Position numbers and translations under genes: made by a program. Source: Myxococcota bacterium (GTDB taxonomy: Bacteria > Myxococcota_A > UBA796 > CAJQPC01). From it: DNA of 64,000 nt. Below, in pieces: positions 59,421-64,000 of this stretch. Below the pieces are notes generated by a model. That model searched no databases and was not told the origin of the DNA. It was given only the letters and a program-made list of their open reading frames with translations. The stretch covers positions 32,001 through 96,000 of the forward strand of contig DASCPX010000160.1 of assembly GCA_036012755.1 (NCBI GenBank), in the 5' to 3' direction. Position 1 is the stretch's first letter. Each line of letters starts with the position of its first letter.

Positions 59421-60413
59421 ATGCTCTGGGGCCTGATCCTGTCATGCCTGTTCTGCAGCGACAACAACACCCCGCAATGGGACACAGGCGGGTGGTGGGA
59501 CTCCGGGGACTGGTGGAGTGACTCCAGCGACGACTGCTACCCGTGGATCTCCATCCGCTACGAGGACGAGCCAGTCGAAACGCTGGACTTCGGCACGGTC
59601 GGCGCGGCGGAGCCCGTCACGGTGGCCCTCACGATCCTGAACAAGGGCGACTGCGACCTCGAGATCGACGACGCCCAGACCACGGACGCGGACGCGCCCT
59701 TCAGCGTTGGCGCCCTGGACTGGCCGATCATCGCCCCGGACGAGGAGGCCGAGCTGGAGGTCACGTTCTCCCCCACAGAGGCAGGGAGCTTCGCGACGAC
59801 CATCGAGGTGACCAGCAACGATCCCTTCGAGGACCTCTACAGCATCGAGCTGGTGGGCGAGCTCACCAGCGGTGGCCTGGAGATCTCTCCCCAGCTCATC
59901 GACTTCGGGTCGATCGAGGTGGGCTGCGAGGTCGAAGAGACGGCGACGGCCTCCAACGTAGGCAGCGGCCCCGTCACCATCGAGTCCATCGAGATCTCCT
60001 CCGGGAGCGACGAGATCACCTTCGCAACCGACACGCTCCCGGCGACCCTCGAGAGCGGCGAGAGCCTCGACCTGCGCGTCGCCTACGCACCAGTCGACGA
60101 GTTCGACGACCAGGCCTACCTGACCGTCACCTCGACCGACCCGTCGAACCCCGTGCTCCTCGTCACCATCGACGCCGCCGGGGTCTTCACCGCAGAGTTC
60201 GAGGACAGCTTCGAGCAGGAGGGCTCGCGGCGGGTCTACATCCTCACCGAGGTCGCGGTCGAGAGCACCATCGAGGTGCGCGTCTCCGGCGTGACGGCGT
60301 CCGGTTGGAGCTTCGACAACTCCGCGAACGCCGTGGTCTTCGACGAGGGCAACGTGCCCACCGAGGGCTCGGTCATAGAGATCAGCTACGCGCGCCAGCC
60401 TGTCTGCGAGTAA
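59421..60413 (+). CDS. Paralog with two ASH/Ig-like domains and the C-terminal domain, no vWA
   Basis: NKGDCDL, SNDP, EVGC, YAPVDEFDD, IEVRVSG..GWSF..PTEGS align to the 57654 protein. Confidence 0.8.
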   Translation: MLWGLILSCLFCSDNNTPQWDTGGWWDSGDWWSDSSDDCYPWISIRYEDEPVETLDFGTVGAAEPVTVALTILNKGDCDLEIDDAQTTDADAPFSVGALDWPIIAPDEEAELEVTFSPTEAGSFATTIEVTSNDPFEDLYSIELVGELTSGGLEISPQLIDFGSIEVGCEVEETATASNVGSGPVTIESIEISSGSDEITFATDTLPATLESGESLDLRVAYAPVDEFDDQAYLTVTSTDPSNPVLLVTIDAAGVFTAEFEDSFEQEGSRRVYILTEVAVESTIEVRVSGVTASGWSFDNSANAVVFDEGNVPTEGSVIEISYARQPVCE

Positions 60414-60480
60414 GGCGTAATCCGAGGCGTCACAGACCCCCCTGTCGGGCACGTAAGCCTTAGCGGGCGGAGGTCACTTC

Positions 60481-61035
60481 ATGCTGCTGTTCATCGCATC
60501 TGCTTGTCTGTCCGAAGGAACCGTCGGTGTCGATCTGACCGCGCCGCTCCCAGCCGTCGACGAGGTCCCCACGATCCACCTGTCGGCCTCGGAGCTGGAC
60601 TTCGACGCCACCCGACCCGGCGAGCCCCAGGAGTCCGTCGTCGCCACGCTGAGCTTCGATCCCACGACCGCGTTGGACTACGAAGACACCCTGTCGGTGA
60701 GCTCGAACGACCCGGACACCCCAGTCGCCACCACGACCTTGTTCGGCCTGGGCATCGCCCCGGTCCTGGAGTTGTTGCCCAGCGAGATCGAGGTCGGGCT
60801 GGTGCCCGTCGGCTGCAACTACGAGGTCGACTTCTTCCTCTCGAACGCAGGCAACGAGGACCTCGTCGTCGAGGACTACGCCTTCGCGGCGGACTCCATG
60901 GAGGTGGTGGACACCCCCACCCTGCCTTGGGAGCTCGACGTCGGCGAGGACATGCAGCTCACGGTGGTCTATACGCCGACGCAGGCTGTGTTCGAGGAGG
61001 GAAAGCTCACGCTGGTGAGCAACGACCCGCTCGGC
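60481..61035 (+). pseudogene. Third ASH/Ig-like paralog, internally deleted and 3'-truncated
   Basis: GGAGG RBS, MLLFIASAC; first Ig domain is about 40 aa shorter than in the paralogs; homology ends at SNDPLG. Confidence 0.7.
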
Positions 61036-61419
61036 GATGGAACGAATGGCTGCGGGCGACCTTGCCCACCGGCTGCCCGACGAGGGTCCCACCGAGCTCC
61101 GGCAAGCGGCTAGCGCCTTCAACACGATGGCAGACCGCGTCGACACGATGCTCCGCAACGAGCGGGAGCTCATGGCCGGAATCTCCCACGAGCTGCGCAC
61201 ACCGCTGACCCGTCTCCAGCTCGAGCTGGCCTTGTTGGAGGACCGGGCTCCAGAGCGAGTCGAGTCGATGCGGGGGGACGCCAGCCGGGACCGCAAGACC
61301 GGCGGGAGCGGGCTGGGCCTGATGATCGTGCGGCAGGTGGTGGAGCTCCACGGCGGAGAGGTGCGCGCGGAGAACCGCGCCGAGGGGGCCTGCGCGTGAC
61401 CTTGGACTTCACGGGTTAG
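61035..61419 (+). pseudogene. Histidine kinase remnant (HAMP, HisKA, end of HATPase)
   Basis: AFNTMADR, SHELRTPL, then directly RGDASRDRKTGGSGLGL; N, G1 and F boxes missing; one extra G near 61385 restores EGGLRVTLDFTG-stop. Confidence 0.8.
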
Positions 61420-61428
61420 ATTCGCTCC

Positions 61429-63210
61429 TTGCCGCGAGGAGCGTCGTTGAGCTGGTACTACACCCGTGAGCCGGGCGCCGAGGGCAGCATCCTCACGGAC
61501 GAGGGCGATGCACCTGGCGTGCTGCTGTCGGAGCTCCTCACGAGCGGACGCCCGCCGCTGAAGGCCAGCCTGGAGATCGCCTCCGCTGTCGCGGACATCC
61601 TCACCATCGCGGAGGAGGACGAGGGTTGCCACGGCGACATCAAGGCCGGCTTCGTGCGCGTGGACGCCAGCGGTGGGGTCTCCCTCGAAGGCTACGGGCA
61701 GGTGAGGCGGACCTCTCGAGCGCCCGAAGGCCGACCGGAGGGTGTGAAGACGGACGTCTACGGTCTCGGAGTCGTGCTGCACTCGCTGATGAGCGACGAG
61801 ACGCTCGGCCGCATGCCGAAGGACCCGGACGACCACGACGACGCCGTCGTGAGCCGCGTGCTCTCGATGGACTTCAGCGAGGTTTCCGGTCGTCGTTGGC
61901 TGGAGGACGTCCGGCGCTTCCTCTGCCAGATCCTGGCCTACGACCTGGAGGAGCGACCGGACGCACTCGACACCGCGAACGTGCTGGCCACCGTCGCTGA
62001 CCAGTGCCCCGGCAGCGGGCTGGCCCAGTGGGCGCCCAGGGCGGTTCGGCGCGCCGGCGGTGAAGCCGCGCCGAGCAGGGCCCCGGTCGAGGAGACCCTC
62101 CGCGGCCCATCGGACATCCGCTCTCCCCTCCCTCGTGGCAAGACCGGGCAGTTCAAGCCGGTCCACCGCCAGGCCCCCTCGTCCAAGGGCGAGTCGACAC
62201 AGATGTGGAGCCGCGACCGCATCGCCGCGATGCTCCAGGACGAGGACGACGACTGGGACGAGGAGCTCGACGCGCCCAGGCAACTCTCCGACCAGTGGCA
62301 GGCCGAAGAGCTCGAGCCACCGACGCCAGTGGCTGGCGACTTTGCTCCGCCCCCGCGTCAACAACCGCCGCGTCAACAACCGCCGCGTCAACAACCGCCG
62401 CGTCAGCAACCGGCTCCCCCCGCACCGGCTCCCCCGGCACCGGCTCCCCCGGCAGGATCTCCTCCCGTCGCGCAGGGGCCCGTCATCCAGGGACCGGTCG
62501 CAGAGGGACCGACCCCACCAGCGCCGCCCCCGGCCAAGGAGGGCAGCTCGATGAAGCTCGTGGTGCTCGGGATCGGCTGCCTGGCCTTCGCCTGCCTCGG
62601 GCTCGCGGGCGCTTCGGCCATCGCCTGGATGATGAGCAACGAAACCGTCAACGCCTCCCTGTTCGAGCCGGAGGAGATCCAGGACATCGAGCCGTCACTG
62701 GCGGACCTCGAGGATCTCGAGGACGTCCAGCCGCGCGAGCGCATCGACTCGGACGAGCCTGACCCCGCCGAGTTCAACTCGCCGCCAGAAGCCGAGGCCC
62801 CGACGAAGACGACGACGAAGACAACGACCACGGCGAAGACCACGGCGAAGCCCTCGACGAAGACGACGACGACCTCGAAGCCGGCGTCCACGACCTCGTC
62901 CACCACGAAGTCCTCGCAGACGACATCCACGAAGTCCTCGACGGAGTCCACCCAGACGGCCGAGCCGGACGCCGTCCCCCCGGGGACGCCATACGAGGCC
63001 AAGATCAGCCTCTCGGCGACCGAAAAGGCCGAGATGCGGTGTGGTGACGGCCAGGTCCAGAAGTTCGCCGGCGCCGTCCGGCTGAAGTTCGTGGGAGAGG
63101 TCAACTGCGTGATCTCGCTGGGCAGCTCCCGAGGCGTCGTCACCGTGACAGGGCCTGGCCAGTACATCTGCGGCGACAACGGCAGCGTGATCAGCTGCAG
63201 CTCCCCATGA
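61429..63210 (+). CDS. Membrane-anchored Ser/Thr pseudokinase with Pro-rich and Thr/Lys-rich linkers; start at 61429 or 61447
   Basis: HGDIKAG, EGYG in place of DFG, RAPE, TDVYGLGV, ERP; one TM segment; Cys-containing C-terminal domain. Confidence 0.75.
   Translation: MPRGASLSWYYTREPGAEGSILTDEGDAPGVLLSELLTSGRPPLKASLEIASAVADILTIAEEDEGCHGDIKAGFVRVDASGGVSLEGYGQVRRTSRAPEGRPEGVKTDVYGLGVVLHSLMSDETLGRMPKDPDDHDDAVVSRVLSMDFSEVSGRRWLEDVRRFLCQILAYDLEERPDALDTANVLATVADQCPGSGLAQWAPRAVRRAGGEAAPSRAPVEETLRGPSDIRSPLPRGKTGQFKPVHRQAPSSKGESTQMWSRDRIAAMLQDEDDDWDEELDAPRQLSDQWQAEELEPPTPVAGDFAPPPRQQPPRQQPPRQQPPRQQPAPPAPAPPAPAPPAGSPPVAQGPVIQGPVAEGPTPPAPPPAKEGSSMKLVVLGIGCLAFACLGLAGASAIAWMMSNETVNASLFEPEEIQDIEPSLADLEDLEDVQPRERIDSDEPDPAEFNSPPEAEAPTKTTTKTTTTAKTTAKPSTKTTTTSKPASTTSSTTKSSQTTSTKSSTESTQTAEPDAVPPGTPYEAKISLSATEKAEMRCGDGQVQKFAGAVRLKFVGEVNCVISLGSSRGVVTVTGPGQYICGDNGSVISCSSP
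62353..62454 (+). repeat. 15-bp coding tandem repeats: (PRQQP)x4, then (APPAP)x~3
   Basis: CCGCGTCAACAACCG x4 (last copy has 1 mismatch), then GCTCCCCCSGCACCG repeats. Confidence 0.9.
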
Positions 63211-63647
63211 GAGCAGTGGTGCAGCGGGTCAGCTCCGCTTCGGTAGAGGTGGACGGCGTTCCAGTCGGGCGGTGTGGCCGCGGCCTCCTCGTGCTCCTGG
63301 CGGTCGCCCCCCCGGACGGCGAGGCCCAGGCGCTCTGGATGGCGCGCAAGCTCGCCGGACTACGCATCTTCCCCGACGACGGCGGCAGGATGAACAACAG
63401 CGTGATCGAGCTCGGCGGCGAGGCCCTCGTGGTCTCGCAGTTCACGCTCTACGGGAACTGCAGGAAGGGGCGACGCCCCAGCTTCATCGCCTCTGCCGGA
63501 CCCGATCACGCCAAGCCGCTGTACGAGCGCTTCTGCGCGCTGCTTGCCGAAGAGGGCGTCCCCACCGCGCGAGGCATCTTCGCCGCCGACATGAAGGTCT
63601 CCCTGGTGAACGACGGCCCGGTCACGCTGGTCATCGACACGCCGTGA
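63207..63647 (+). CDS. dtd: D-aminoacyl-tRNA deacylase
   Basis: MRAVVQRV, SQFTL, GRRPSF, NDGPVT. Confidence 0.96.
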   Translation: MRAVVQRVSSASVEVDGVPVGRCGRGLLVLLAVAPPDGEAQALWMARKLAGLRIFPDDGGRMNNSVIELGGEALVVSQFTLYGNCRKGRRPSFIASAGPDHAKPLYERFCALLAEEGVPTARGIFAADMKVSLVNDGPVTLVIDTP

Positions 63648-64000
63648 TCGACCTCGCCACCGAAGCGGCCCGCCGCGCCTGCCGAATCATGAGCGATCGC
63701 CCCACCCTGGAAGTTCGGCACAAGGGCGTGGTGGACCTCGTGACCCAGGTCGACCTCGCCTGCGAGGAGGCAATCCGCTCGGTCCTGGAGCCCAGCGGCA
63801 TCCCCATCCTGGCGGAGGAGGGCGGAGGCTCGCGATCCGACACGCGCTGGATCGTCGATCCCCTGGACGGCACGACCAACTTCGTCCACGGCTTCCCGAG
63901 CTACTGCGTGTCGATAGCGCTCCAGGACCAGGGGGAGCTCGTGCTCGGCGTGATCGGCGACCCCGTGCACGATCGCCTGTTCACCGCCCGAGCCGGACAG
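63644..64000 (+). CDS. suhB: Inositol monophosphatase family protein, 3'-partial
   Basis: Manual translation from the GTG at 63644: DLVTQVD, LAEE, WIVDPLDGTTNFVHG. Confidence 0.88.
   Translation, partial: MIDLATEAARRACRIMSDRPTLEVRHKGVVDLVTQVDLACEEAIRSVLEPSGIPILAEEGGGSRSDTRWIVDPLDGTTNFVHGFPSYCVSIALQDQGELVLGVIGDPVHDRLFTARAGQ

Noticed and set aside
57160..62454. Short tandem repeats as CRISPR or other non-coding arrays
   Set aside because: Unit lengths are multiples of three, lie inside ORFs and have no spacers; no cas genes.

Overview
High-GC (roughly 70% by eye) bacterial chromosomal DNA. The gene content and style point to an uncultured Myxococcota/deltaproteobacterial lineage; this is inference only. 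About 60 densely packed genes. Recognisable ones: GH36 alpha-galactosidase, an anaerobic-sulfatase-maturase-type radical SAM, fadN-fadA, folB, arsM-arsR, ftcD, PPIase, L,D-transpeptidase, phospholipase D, CotH kinase, an APC-USP-EIIA fusion transporter, iscS-iscU-iscA-hscB-hscA, an asnB-like gene, metG, dtd and a partial suhB. No rRNA, tRNA, CRISPR array or mobile element was recognised. Main observations: (1) about 18 predicted lipoproteins and several secreted proteins have ultra-short, uncharged signal peptides (Cys at residue 7-12), with many starts pinned by stop/start overlaps or leaderless-type -10 boxes. (2) The isc operon is headed by a MerR-family regulator with a CxxC-x8-CxxC tail and two MerR-like palindromes instead of an Rrf2 regulator. 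(3) Several enzymes have lost catalytic residues. (4) Many single-base indels and gene-fusing deletions suggest either assembly error or real decay, so pseudogene calls need read-level checks.
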